DNA from: Christensenella sp.
GTDB lineage: Bacteria; Bacillota; Clostridia; Christensenellales; Christensenellaceae
NCBI GenBank assembly: GCA_034926635.1
Contig: JAYFQX010000005.1
Span: 70,220 to 134,219 of the forward strand
Direction of reading: 5' to 3'
Length of the DNA: 64,000 nucleotides
Positions 10,259 to 19,759 of this stretch are shown in pieces. The stretch's first letter is position 1. Each line of letters opens with the position of its first letter. Under the pieces are notes generated by a model that was not told where the DNA came from, did no database searches, and was given only the letters and a program-made list of their open reading frames with translations. Position numbers and translations under genes: made by a program.

Positions 10259-11515
10259 ATGAAAAAATTATCACTGGTTGCACTGGTACTCGCAGTATTG
10301 ATGCTGTTTGCGGCGTGCGGAACAGGAACGACGACGGAATCGTCTGCACCGGCGGAATCTGCAGCGGCTTCGGAGGAACCGACCAAAACGGAAGCGCCCG
10401 CAGAGTCGTCCGCTGCGGCTTCGGAAGCGACGGGAACATCGGACAACCCGAATGCTGCTGATTTTGAATATGTCACGGCAGATTATGTAAAAGACGGCGT
10501 ATTTGATATCAACACATATTACAATTCTCTTGGGGTAGACTGCAACGTTACCATTAAAGAAGACGGCGGCGTAGTAAAAGTACAAGACGACATGAAGACG
10601 TCTGTGCCTAAGGCAAAAGAAAAGTACACGATCGGTTTCTCGATTTATTACACGGTTGACGAAGTTGGCGCAGTTATTCTGGATACTATGAAAAAAGTAG
10701 CGGAAGAAGCTGGCGTGGAGTTGCTGGTCAATGACGCGAACTATGATCAAAACGCGCAGAACCAGGCTGTTGAGCAGTGGATCACGCAGGGCGTAGACGG
10801 CGTTATCATTGCACCATGCGATTTTACAGCAGTAAAAGGATCGCTGGATGCACTGGAAAAAGCCAATATCCCGGTTGTTTCCATGAACCCGCCGCTTGCA
10901 GGGACGGTTGACACAGTTGTTATGCTCGACTGTGTAGAAGAAGGTCAAATGGCTGGCGAAATGCTGATCGACGCCATCAAAGCAGAAGGCAAAGACGTAA
11001 AAGGACAGATCGTTTATGACACACTGCCTTTCGTTCATCCAAACGCGGCAACCCGTACCAAAGGCTTTAAAGATGCATTTGCTTCTTATCCGGATGTTGA
11101 ATTTGTTGAACTGACAGGGACTTCTCCGGAAGACCATTATACCGCATTTGAAGGTGCGCTGCAGGCGTATCCGGACATGATCGGTGCATGGGGGCTTTAC
11201 AGCTCGGCGACCATTGGTATGGTAAATGCGAAAAAAGCAGCAAACAGCACTGTTCCGATCTCCTCGGTTGATAACGATAAAGTTATTCTCGCGGATATCG
11301 CAGACGGATCTGTTGTTGGATCAGCGTGCTATTCCGGCGCGGCTTCCGCAACGTGGTGCATGTCTGATATCGTCAATATTTTGAATGGCGTACAGGATAT
11401 CCCTGCTGCAATTTTCTATCAGAACCAAAAAGTTACAAAAGATAACGTTGCGGAAATGTTTGCGCATTATTATCCGGGAACGACGTTAGAAGAGTACCAG
11501 AATGGGCAAGGCTAA
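10259..11515 (+). CDS. Sugar ABC transporter substrate-binding lipoprotein, paralog 2
   Basis: Lipobox LFAAC, ESSAPAESAAASE tether; extensive identity with 8921-10147 (LPFVHPNA, PEDHYTAFEGA, AWGLYSSATIGM). Confidence 0.88.
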   Translation: MKKLSLVALVLAVLMLFAACGTGTTTESSAPAESAAASEEPTKTEAPAESSAAASEATGTSDNPNAADFEYVTADYVKDGVFDINTYYNSLGVDCNVTIKEDGGVVKVQDDMKTSVPKAKEKYTIGFSIYYTVDEVGAVILDTMKKVAEEAGVELLVNDANYDQNAQNQAVEQWITQGVDGVIIAPCDFTAVKGSLDALEKANIPVVSMNPPLAGTVDTVVMLDCVEEGQMAGEMLIDAIKAEGKDVKGQIVYDTLPFVHPNAATRTKGFKDAFASYPDVEFVELTGTSPEDHYTAFEGALQAYPDMIGAWGLYSSATIGMVNAKKAANSTVPISSVDNDKVILADIADGSVVGSACYSGAASATWCMSDIVNILNGVQDIPAAIFYQNQKVTKDNVAEMFAHYYPGTTLEEYQNGQG

Positions 11516-11559
11516 TATAACAGTAATAAAAAAATTCGTGATTTGAAAGAGGTAAAAAA

Positions 11560-12234
11560 ATGAGTAATGTAGCGCCTGAGTTGATCGTTATGCTGACACA
11601 CCATGACAAAACAGTGGAAAATGCGATCGAAGTATTCGAAGGGGCAAAAGATGCACCCGCCAAATATTGGGGTTTTAAAGAAGTTGGGCTTCCTATTCCC
11701 GATATGAAAATATTGGTGAAAAAGATGAAAGACGCAGGAAAAAAGACATGCTTGGAGATCGTGGATTACACGGAAGAAGGCTGTCTTGCCGGAGCAAAGA
11801 TCGGTGTGGAATGCGGATTCGACATCGTGATGGGGACGTTGTATTTCGACTCTGTGAGAGACCTGCTTATAGAGAACAACGTGGAATACATGCCTTTTGT
11901 TGGGAAGCTTTCCGGTCGCCCGAGCGTTCTTGATGGCACGATCGAAGAGATCATTGCCGAAGCGCAGTATTTGGTGAAGGAGAAAGGCATCAAGGGCTTC
12001 GACCTTCTTGGATACCGCTACGTGGGAGATGCTGTAAAGCTCAATAACGAGTTTGTGAAGAATGCCGGCGTGCCGGTATGCCTCGCGGGCAGTGTACAGA
12101 GTTATCAGCGCCTTGACGAAGTAAAAGCAACAGGCGCATGGGCATTTACCATTGGCGGAGCGTTCTTTGAGAATAAATTCGACGGAACGTTTGCAGAACA
12201 GATCACAAAAGTTGTAGAGTATATGAAACGCTAA
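11560..12234 (+). CDS. Uncharacterised protein, probable ribulose-phosphate-binding TIM barrel
   Basis: Alternating beta/alpha pattern, GFKEVG, and a C-terminal LAGSV...TIGGAF phosphate-binding-like segment; function not recognised. Confidence 0.6.
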   Translation: MSNVAPELIVMLTHHDKTVENAIEVFEGAKDAPAKYWGFKEVGLPIPDMKILVKKMKDAGKKTCLEIVDYTEEGCLAGAKIGVECGFDIVMGTLYFDSVRDLLIENNVEYMPFVGKLSGRPSVLDGTIEEIIAEAQYLVKEKGIKGFDLLGYRYVGDAVKLNNEFVKNAGVPVCLAGSVQSYQRLDEVKATGAWAFTIGGAFFENKFDGTFAEQITKVVEYMKR

Positions 12235-12250
12235 CCACATTGTGTCGGTT

Positions 12251-12282
12251 GGGGAGGCAGCCGGAGAATGCCGGACCTCCCC
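12251..12282. other. GC-rich stem-loop without U-tract
   Basis: GGGGAGG-CAGCCGG..CCGG-A-CCTCCCC downstream of 11560-12234. Confidence 0.55.
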
Positions 12283-12367
12283 TTCATGGCATTTATCAAA
12301 AAAGAAAAAAACGCCCGCAGAGGCGCGGCATATAGTTTTATTTAAAATTGGAAAGGAAGTAAATGTG

Positions 12368-13090
12368 ATGAGAGTATTGGCTTTTGGGGCGCACCCGGAC
12401 GATATTGAGTTCCGTTGCGCAGGGACGCTGGCAAAGATGGCTGAACGCGGCGATGAAATTTATATGTGTATCGCGACCAATGGGAACATCGGTTCTTTTA
12501 AAATGGGGAAAGATGAGATTAAGGCGGTACGCAGGGCTGAAGCGGAAAAAGCCTGCGAGGTGATCGGTGCGCACTTGATTTATCTGGATGAACCGGATGA
12601 GTTTTTGTTTGACACGGAAGCAACTCGCATGAAGTTTATCGAGGCGTACCGTATAGCGCGCCCGGACGTGGTATTCGCGCCGCCGTCTTTTGCGGATTAT
12701 AACCAGGATCACGATATGACGGGGTATCTTGCGTTTGTAGCGCGCGTGCTTGCTACAATTAAGCTGATCGAAACGGAGCATGAACCAACCGCGTTTGTAC
12801 CGCCGCTTTTTTATACGCAGCCGCATGGAATCCACCCGGATTTTCAACCGGAGTATTTTGTGGATATTACGCAGACGGCAGGAATTAAAGACGAAATGTG
12901 TAATTGCCATGCTTCTCAGATGGGCGATTGGTGTAAAGACGCCTTTGGAGTAAATTATCTGGAAGGCAAAGAACGTACGGATAAGTACTGGGCAAATGCG
13001 TGTGCGACACCCGGCGTAGAGTATGTAGAAGTGTTCTCGCTGTGTAAAACGTGGCCGATTCGTGCAGGCGCCCATAAACTTTTACCATAA
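12368..13090 (+). CDS. PIG-L/LmbE family deacetylase
   Basis: GAHPDDIE and DH(D) metal-binding motifs; start re-called behind AAGGAAG. Confidence 0.9.
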   Translation: MRVLAFGAHPDDIEFRCAGTLAKMAERGDEIYMCIATNGNIGSFKMGKDEIKAVRRAEAEKACEVIGAHLIYLDEPDEFLFDTEATRMKFIEAYRIARPDVVFAPPSFADYNQDHDMTGYLAFVARVLATIKLIETEHEPTAFVPPLFYTQPHGIHPDFQPEYFVDITQTAGIKDEMCNCHASQMGDWCKDAFGVNYLEGKERTDKYWANACATPGVEYVEVFSLCKTWPIRAGAHKLLP

Positions 13091-13125
13091 AAGAGACAAA
13101 ATATGCAGATTGAATTTTGTAAAAT

Positions 13126-13154
13126 GTTCCGGTTGCCAGAAAAACAACCGGAAC
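13126..13154. terminator. Probable terminator hairpin closing the sugar cluster
   Basis: GTTCCGGTTG-ccagaaaaa-CAACCGGAAC followed by GTTTTG. Confidence 0.55.
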
Positions 13155-13203
13155 GTTTTGTGTTATAATGCAAAAGAAACTCTTTTAACGGGAGAACGGA
13201 ACA

Positions 13204-14388
13204 ATGAAGTATGATTTTGAACATTATATTGCACGGGATCAAAGCGGTTCGGTAAAGTGGGCGGAAATGCATAGGAAGAATCCTGACGTGACAGACAGTA
13301 TCGTTCCGTTTTCCGTTGCGGATATGGAGTTTCGGACCGCGCCTGAAATCATTACGGGACTGCAGAAATATTTGGAAACAGCGGTTCTTGGGTATACAGA
13401 AGCGACGGATTCTTATTTTGACGCGGTGACGGAATGGATGCGCCGTCGTCATGTATGGGAAGTCAAAAAGGAATGGATCGTGCCAACACCGGGGGTGGTG
13501 GCGGCGCTGGGCGTGGCGGTGAACGCTTATACCAAGCCGGGTGACGGGGTGATCATCATGACGCCGGTCTATTATCCTTTTTACCTGGTAATTGAAAAAT
13601 CCGGCAGGACAATCGTGGAAAACCCATTGAGAGAGACTGACGGTCATTATGAAATTGATTTTGATGATCTGGAAAGAAAAGCGGCGCAGCAGGACAGCAA
13701 AATGCTGATTTTATGCAGCCCGCATAATCCTGTGGGGCGTGTATGGACGCCGGGAGAATTAGCACGCATCGGAGAGATTTGCGAAAAATACGCGCTTGTA
13801 CCGGTAATTGATGAAATCCACCACGATTTGATTATGCCGGGATACCGGCATACTGTATTTCCCAATGCCTGTAAAAGTCTTGCGCAGCAGTGCGTTGTTT
13901 GCACCGCACCCAGCAAAACCTTTAATCTTGCGGGGATGCAGACGTCTAATATTGTAATTCCAGATGAAAATATGCGAAAAAAGTTTATCCGTGTGAAGCA
14001 AAGCGCAGCCATGCTGGAATTGAACGTTCTGGGGTATCGCGCCTGTGAGATTGCCTACCGCGAGTGTGAAACGTGGCTCAATGAATTGATTGCCGTTTTG
14101 GATCAAAACCGCGCGATGGTAGAAGATTTTTGTGCGCGGAATCTTCCCGGAGTGCGTGTAACAAGGCTGGAGGGGACATACCTCCAATGGCTTGACTTTC
14201 GCAGCGCAGAACTTTCTGAAAAAAAGCTGGAAGAACTGATGACGCAGCAGGCACAGGTGTTTTTTGACGAGGGATATATTTTCGGCAGTGCCGGGTCAGG
14301 CTTTGAACGCTTGAATATTGCGTGCCCCAAGTACATTTTGGAAGCGGGGCTTTTGCGCGTGCAAAAGGCTATCAAACCCTATTTATAA
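13204..14388 (+). CDS. patB: MalY/PatB family PLP-dependent cystathionine beta-lyase
   Basis: VADMEF, CSPHNPVGRVW, DEIHHD, APSKTFNLAG (PLP lysine). Confidence 0.92.
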   Translation: MKYDFEHYIARDQSGSVKWAEMHRKNPDVTDSIVPFSVADMEFRTAPEIITGLQKYLETAVLGYTEATDSYFDAVTEWMRRRHVWEVKKEWIVPTPGVVAALGVAVNAYTKPGDGVIIMTPVYYPFYLVIEKSGRTIVENPLRETDGHYEIDFDDLERKAAQQDSKMLILCSPHNPVGRVWTPGELARIGEICEKYALVPVIDEIHHDLIMPGYRHTVFPNACKSLAQQCVVCTAPSKTFNLAGMQTSNIVIPDENMRKKFIRVKQSAAMLELNVLGYRACEIAYRECETWLNELIAVLDQNRAMVEDFCARNLPGVRVTRLEGTYLQWLDFRSAELSEKKLEELMTQQAQVFFDEGYIFGSAGSGFERLNIACPKYILEAGLLRVQKAIKPYL

Positions 14389-14421
14389 TAAATATTTTAT
14401 ATGACTGACTTGTAAAACGGT

Positions 14422-14449
14422 TTGATTTTTTTTTCATCTATGCTATAAT
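14422..14449 (+). promoter_or_regulatory. SigmaA-type promoter of the RND-tetR operon
   Basis: TTGATT-16bp-TATAAT with extended TGn; spacer contains a T9 run. Confidence 0.65.
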
Positions 14450-14462
14450 GACGGAGGCTGAC

Positions 14463-14476
14463 TGACTGGCCAGTCA
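14463..14476. promoter_or_regulatory. Probable TetR operator
   Basis: Perfect palindrome TGACTGGCCAGTCA just downstream of the -10; TGACTGAC half-site copies at 14402 and 14459. Confidence 0.7.
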
Positions 14477-14521
14477 ATTATTGAGGTATTATATTTTTAG
14501 AGATACAGGAGAGTATCGCCC

Positions 14522-17500
14522 ATGCCAAAATTCAGCGTGAAAAAGCCCATGACAATTTTTGTAATCGTAATCCTGGTGTGTCTTTTAGGATTTATTTCCG
14601 TGACCAGTATGACAACGGATCTGCTTCCCAAGATGGATTTACCTTATGTGGCTGTTTTTACCACATATCCGGGGGCAAGCCCCGAGAAAATCGAGCAAGC
14701 AGTCACAAAGCCGTTGGAGCAGACTCTTTCCACAACCAGCGGAGTGAAGAATGTCACCAGTATTTCAAACGAAAACACCAGCGTAGTGATTTTGGAGTTT
14801 ACGCAGGACACAAACATGGACAGTGTGATGATTGAGATGAGCGGCAGCATCGATATGGTGAAGGCCAGTCTCGACGATGCGGTAGGAACGCCTACGCTGA
14901 TCAAAATCAACCCGGATTTGATGCCTGTGATGGTGGCAAGCGTGGATATGGACGGCGGAGAAATCGGAGAAACCTCGCAGCTTGTGCAGGATACGGTGTT
15001 GCCCGCGTTTGAGCGGATCGACGGGGTAGCCTCCGTGACTGCAACAGGGATCGTGGAAGATTCCATCGAGGTGACACTCAGTCAAACCAAGATAGATGAA
15101 CTTAACCGTCGGGTACTCGCTTCCGTGGACGAGCAGCTTGCGGAGGCGCAGGAGAAGCTGGACGCGGCAAAAGAGGAGATCACCGACGGCAAGCAGCAGA
15201 TTTCCGAAATGGGGAAAACGCAGGCGGCAAAGCTTGTGGATGCGGGCTTGCAATTATCGGCAGGACGCGACCAGATCGAGGCTGCGATTTCGAGCCTGCC
15301 CGCTATGCAGCAGGAGCTTCAGGCGCAGCTTACTGATTTGCAGGCGCAGAAGACAGCGCTGGAAACGCAGCTTGCGGACGCCAAGACAGCGCGCGACAGC
15401 TTGCAGCAGACCATTGCGGGATTGGTTGCGGCGGGGCAGCCCGTACCGGAGGAACTAACGACACAGCTTGCAACGCTGGAACAGAGTATTCCACAAATGG
15501 AAGCGGGATTGACGCAGCTTACGGACGGCATCACGCAGATCGAGGCGGGGATCGCGCAGATTCCGGTGCAAAAAGAACAGTTGGAACAAAAACTCGCGGA
15601 ATTAGGCGAAAGCGAAAAACAACTGGAGACAGGGAAGATAACGCTTTCTACAGAACTGGCGCAAGCATCAGGGCAACTGGCAGGCGGTGAAGCGCAGCTT
15701 CAGCAAAGCGAAGAAGAGTTTGAGAAACAAAAAGATGCAGCATACCAGCAAGCAGGATTGGACGATAAAATCACGCAGGATACAATTAGCCAAATTCTTG
15801 CGGCGCAGAATTTTTCTATGCCTGCCGGATATATTAAGGATGGCACGGAGAAATATCTGGTGAAGGTGGGCGACCAAATTGGTGATATGGGCGAGCTGGA
15901 ACACCTTGTGTTGTTTGACATCAGCGCGGGCGATATCGGAAAAGTTACGCTCTCGGATGTCGCAGATATCAAAATGACGGATAACCGCGATGAATTATAT
16001 GCGAAAATTAACGGGAACGACGGCATCCTGCTTTCGTTCCAGAAGCAAAGTACGTCTTCTACCACGGATGTATCGTCCAAAATCAATGAAGCAATCAAAA
16101 AACTGGAGACTGATCATCCGGGGATGCACATTGTTGCACTTTCTGATCAGGGGGTATATATCAATATCGTGCTGGACTCGGTGCTCAACAATCTGCTTCT
16201 GGGCGCTGTACTTGCCATCATTATCCTGTTCTTGTTTTTAAAGGATATTAAGCCCACGATCATTGTTGCAATCAGTATTCCGTTCAGTTTGCTTGCGGCC
16301 ATTACCTTGATGTATTTCTGTGGGGTCACCCTTAACGTGATTTCTCTTGCGGGACTTGCGCTCGGCGTAGGGATGTTGGTGGACAACAGCATTGTAGTAA
16401 TCGAAAACATTTATCGGCTGCGCTCCATGGGGGTTTCTGCGGCGCGCGCTGCGGTCAAGGGGGCGACGCAGGTTGCGGGCGCGATCTTTGCTTCTACGCT
16501 GACGACGGTATGTGTATTTTTGCCGATCGTATTCACGCAAGGGCTGACGCGCCAGCTTTTTGCGGATATGGGACTGACGATTGCGTTTTCCCTTTTGTCC
16601 AGCCTTGTGATCGCGCTGACACTGGTACCGGCGATGGGCTCCACCATGCTGCGAAAGGTAAAAGAGAAAAAGCATCAAGGCTTTGACAAGTTCACGGCAG
16701 CGTATCAGAAAACCCTGCGCGCAGGGCTTAAGCATAAATGGGTGATATTTGTGATCGCAATCGGTCTGTTCGCGTTTAGTGCGGTAAGTATTTTGGGCAT
16801 GGGGACATCGCTTATTCCTAAAATGGATAGTACGGAAATGATGATCACCATGGAAATGCCTGCGGGAAGCAGCACGCAGGAAACGCGGGATATGAGCGAC
16901 GTCATTTTGGAACGTCTGACTGCGTTGCCGGATGTGGAAACCATCGGTGCAATGGAAGGAGGCGTGACATCGCTTATGGGGGGCTCGGCTTCGGGCTCCA
17001 ACAACACATCCATTATGATGTATGCGATTTTAAAAGATGAGAAGCAGCACACCAGCGCGCAGGTGGCGGAAATGATGCGCGAAGAAGTAAAAGACCTGCC
17101 CTGCACGGTGGAAGTCAACGATTCCACGATGGATCTCTCTATGCTTTCCGGGTCGGGGCTGGAAGTGGCGGTTCGTGGGGACGACCTTGATACACTGAAG
17201 CAAATTGCGCAGGAGGTCGCGGACCGCATGGCGCAGACAGAAGGGCTTACCAATATTGACAACGGAATGAAAGATGCTTCAGATGAGACACGGATCAGCG
17301 TGGATAAAAACAAAGCAGCGGTATATGGTCTGACTGTTGCACAGGTCTATCAGCAGATTTCCGCGGAGCTGGCCTCGGGCAAGACAGCCACGACCCTCGC
17401 ACTGCAGGCGGGCGATTATCCTGTGGTTGTACAAAACAGCCCGGAAAACAGCGCAAGTCTGGCGGGTCTGCCAGATTTTGCCATAACCGGAACAAAAGAT

Positions 17501-18277
17501 GGGGAAGAAACAGAAGTAAAACTTTCGGAAATTGCGGAAATCAGCACGGAAAAGGGATTATCCGCGATCAACCATGACGGGCAGGTTCGGACCTTGACCG
17601 TCACGGCGGATGTGGATGCAAATCATAATATTGGGCTTGTAAGCCGCGATTTTTCCCAAAAGCTGCAGGACTATCAGGTCCCCGACGGTTATACGGTGGA
17701 AATCCAGGGAGAAAACCAAACGATCACAGATACGTTTACGAACCTCATTTATATGTTCCTGCTGGCGGTGGTGCTGATTTATCTGATTATGGTAGCACAG
17801 TTCCAGTCGCTGAAATCACCTTTCATTATTTTGTTCACGATTCCATTGGCGTTTACCGGTGGGCTTTTGGCATTGCTGCTCACGGGCTCGGATCTTTCTA
17901 TGATTGCGCTGCTTGGCTTCCTGCTTTTGGCGGGCATCGTGGTGAACAACGGGATCGTGTTTGTGGATTATGTCAACCAGCTCCGCCTGTCCGGTGTAGA
18001 ACGGCGTGAAGCGCTTATCAGGACAGGAGGCGCGCGAATCCGCCCGATCTTGATGACGGCGTTTACCACAATCCTTGGGCTTGTTCCCTTGGCGCTCGGC
18101 ATGGGGCAGGGCGCAGAAATGCTTCAGCCTATGGCGATCGTCACCATCGGCGGTCTTGTTTATGCGACGTTTATGACACTGTTTTTTGTGCCTGCGCTGT
18201 ATGACGTCATGAATAAAAAAGAAATGAAGCAGGTTATGATAGAAGACGAAGAGGAGGATTCCATTGACGCAATATAA
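14522..18277 (+). CDS. AcrB/AcrD/AcrF family RND transporter with long coiled-coil insertion
   Basis: GMLVDNSIVVIENI, GIVVNNGIV, RIRPILMT motifs; Gln/Leu/Glu heptad segment at about aa 195-410. Confidence 0.92.
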   Translation: MPKFSVKKPMTIFVIVILVCLLGFISVTSMTTDLLPKMDLPYVAVFTTYPGASPEKIEQAVTKPLEQTLSTTSGVKNVTSISNENTSVVILEFTQDTNMDSVMIEMSGSIDMVKASLDDAVGTPTLIKINPDLMPVMVASVDMDGGEIGETSQLVQDTVLPAFERIDGVASVTATGIVEDSIEVTLSQTKIDELNRRVLASVDEQLAEAQEKLDAAKEEITDGKQQISEMGKTQAAKLVDAGLQLSAGRDQIEAAISSLPAMQQELQAQLTDLQAQKTALETQLADAKTARDSLQQTIAGLVAAGQPVPEELTTQLATLEQSIPQMEAGLTQLTDGITQIEAGIAQIPVQKEQLEQKLAELGESEKQLETGKITLSTELAQASGQLAGGEAQLQQSEEEFEKQKDAAYQQAGLDDKITQDTISQILAAQNFSMPAGYIKDGTEKYLVKVGDQIGDMGELEHLVLFDISAGDIGKVTLSDVADIKMTDNRDELYAKINGNDGILLSFQKQSTSSTTDVSSKINEAIKKLETDHPGMHIVALSDQGVYINIVLDSVLNNLLLGAVLAIIILFLFLKDIKPTIIVAISIPFSLLAAITLMYFCGVTLNVISLAGLALGVGMLVDNSIVVIENIYRLRSMGVSAARAAVKGATQVAGAIFASTLTTVCVFLPIVFTQGLTRQLFADMGLTIAFSLLSSLVIALTLVPAMGSTMLRKVKEKKHQGFDKFTAAYQKTLRAGLKHKWVIFVIAIGLFAFSAVSILGMGTSLIPKMDSTEMMITMEMPAGSSTQETRDMSDVILERLTALPDVETIGAMEGGVTSLMGGSASGSNNTSIMMYAILKDEKQHTSAQVAEMMREEVKDLPCTVEVNDSTMDLSMLSGSGLEVAVRGDDLDTLKQIAQEVADRMAQTEGLTNIDNGMKDASDETRISVDKNKAAVYGLTVAQVYQQISAELASGKTATTLALQAGDYPVVVQNSPENSASLAGLPDFAITGTKDGEETEVKLSEIAEISTEKGLSAINHDGQVRTLTVTADVDANHNIGLVSRDFSQKLQDYQVPDGYTVEIQGENQTITDTFTNLIYMFLLAVVLIYLIMVAQFQSLKSPFIILFTIPLAFTGGLLALLLTGSDLSMIALLGFLLLAGIVVNNGIVFVDYVNQLRLSGVERREALIRTGGARIRPILMTAFTTILGLVPLALGMGQGAEMLQPMAIVTIGGLVYATFMTLFFVPALYDVMNKKEMKQVMIEDEEEDSIDAI

Positions 18278-18866
18278 GGAAAAGGAATTAAAGATTATGC
18301 GCGCGCTCCTTGGCCTGCTGAAAGACGGCTGTGCGCTTTATGAAATCAAGGCCTCGGATATCGCCCAAAAAGCCGGAATCGGCAAAGGCACGCTATATAA
18401 TTATTTTGAATCGAAGGAAGACATCATTGCAAAAACCGTGGAATACAGCCTTGATACAACGATCCGCTCAGAGATCGCGAGGCTTGCGGAACTCCCCGGG
18501 TTCCGTGAGAAATGTTATGCGATCCTTGGCGATGTGGACGATATTATTCATAATGAAAGCTCAGATTTCCATTTGCTGTTATTTAACGTCGGAGGAAGGG
18601 AAATGAGCGGGTATTGCGGCTGTAATCCCGGAATGATTCAAAAATATTTGCGCGTTATCTTTGATCACACGATCTCCATTGCGCGTGTTGCGGTTGAGGA
18701 GGGCTGTATTCCTCCGTTTGAGGATGAGGAATATGTTTACAGTGCGTTTGCTTCCGCGTTGATGGGATTTGTGCATGCGCGCTGCCGTATGCAGGGCGTA
18801 TCCGAAGCAGAAATAGGACGCGCAAAAGACAATGCATGGAAGTTTTTGTTAAAAGCGCTGCATTAA
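18264..18866 (+). CDS. TetR/AcrR family regulator
   Basis: IAQKAGIGKGTLYNYFESKEDI HTH; TTG start behind GAGGAGG, overlapping the RND stop. Confidence 0.92.
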   Translation: MTQYKEKELKIMRALLGLLKDGCALYEIKASDIAQKAGIGKGTLYNYFESKEDIIAKTVEYSLDTTIRSEIARLAELPGFREKCYAILGDVDDIIHNESSDFHLLLFNVGGREMSGYCGCNPGMIQKYLRVIFDHTISIARVAVEEGCIPPFEDEEYVYSAFASALMGFVHARCRMQGVSEAEIGRAKDNAWKFLLKALH

Positions 18867-18931
18867 AAGGCTCCGGCGCAAAATACGCCGAAGCCAATAT
18901 GTTTTTTGTATCACGCCGTGCTGCCTGCCCG

Positions 18932-19588
18932 TTAAAGCAGATGGGTTAATTCCCTCATCGAACGGATGACAAAAGTAGGTTGGTAATCCTGCGCGACCTT
19001 TAGCGGATCGGGCATCCAGGAAATATCCGCCACTGCAAGGCAAGAATCGCATTGCAGGTCTTTTGCGATTTCTACATCGCGCGCCGCGTCCCCGACATAG
19101 AGCGCGTTGCCGGACGGGCATAACTCGCGCAGCGCATCCGCGCATCGGTTTTCTTTGCCGGATTCCGTTGGGGTAGCGCCTTTGATAGAAGCAAAATACG
19201 GCGTCAGCCCGTGCAGCTGCATGATCCGCTGCGCCAGCGGATGCAGAGAGTTGGTGACAAGACTCAGGCAGTATCCCCGCTGCTTCATGGTTTCCAGCAT
19301 TTCTTGCGTGCCGTCAGCCAGGGGAATATCGCGGATGAGATCGTCTACCTCGTGCTTATAAAAAACTTCCAGTTTTTGGTACAATTCTTCCCGATCTTCC
19401 TGCGGGACTCCAAGCACGCCGAACATTTCTTCTATGGTGTTGCCAAGTCCTTCGAGCGTATCGTGCATTTGAACCGGGATGTTGTAGGTTTTAAAAAAAC
19501 GTTTGTAAGCTAAAACGTGGAACCGGGCAGAATCAATGATGGTTCCGTCCATGTCAAACATGAGAAGGTCATATTGTCGCATAGTCAT
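18932..19588 (-). CDS. HAD family hydrolase (phosphoglycolate phosphatase-like)
   Basis: FDMDGTIIDS, VTNS, YVGDAARD motifs; exact start uncertain (19582/19588/19600). Confidence 0.88.
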   Translation of the reverse strand: MTMRQYDLLMFDMDGTIIDSARFHVLAYKRFFKTYNIPVQMHDTLEGLGNTIEEMFGVLGVPQEDREELYQKLEVFYKHEVDDLIRDIPLADGTQEMLETMKQRGYCLSLVTNSLHPLAQRIMQLHGLTPYFASIKGATPTESGKENRCADALRELCPSGNALYVGDAARDVEIAKDLQCDSCLAVADISWMPDPLKVAQDYQPTFVIRSMRELTHLL

Positions 19589-19759
19589 TTGCCTGCGCAT
19601 AAGGCGAATTTTGTTTTTACAAGCTTATGCGCACCTGCTTACTATTATACCATAAGAACCCTTGATTTGCAGGGGATTTTAGGGTATTATGCCGAAAAAC
19701 AAGCATTTTTATTAAAATACAACTGTATTTCACCGTTTCATGATCAATTGGATGAAATA

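Noticed and set aside
19657-19668. AACCCTTGATTT, resembling the reverse complement of AAATCAAAGGGTTT at 5628-5641, as possible att/recombination sites bounding an island
   Set aside because: Only about 12 bp with an indel, no integrase or transposase in the window, and no obvious composition shift
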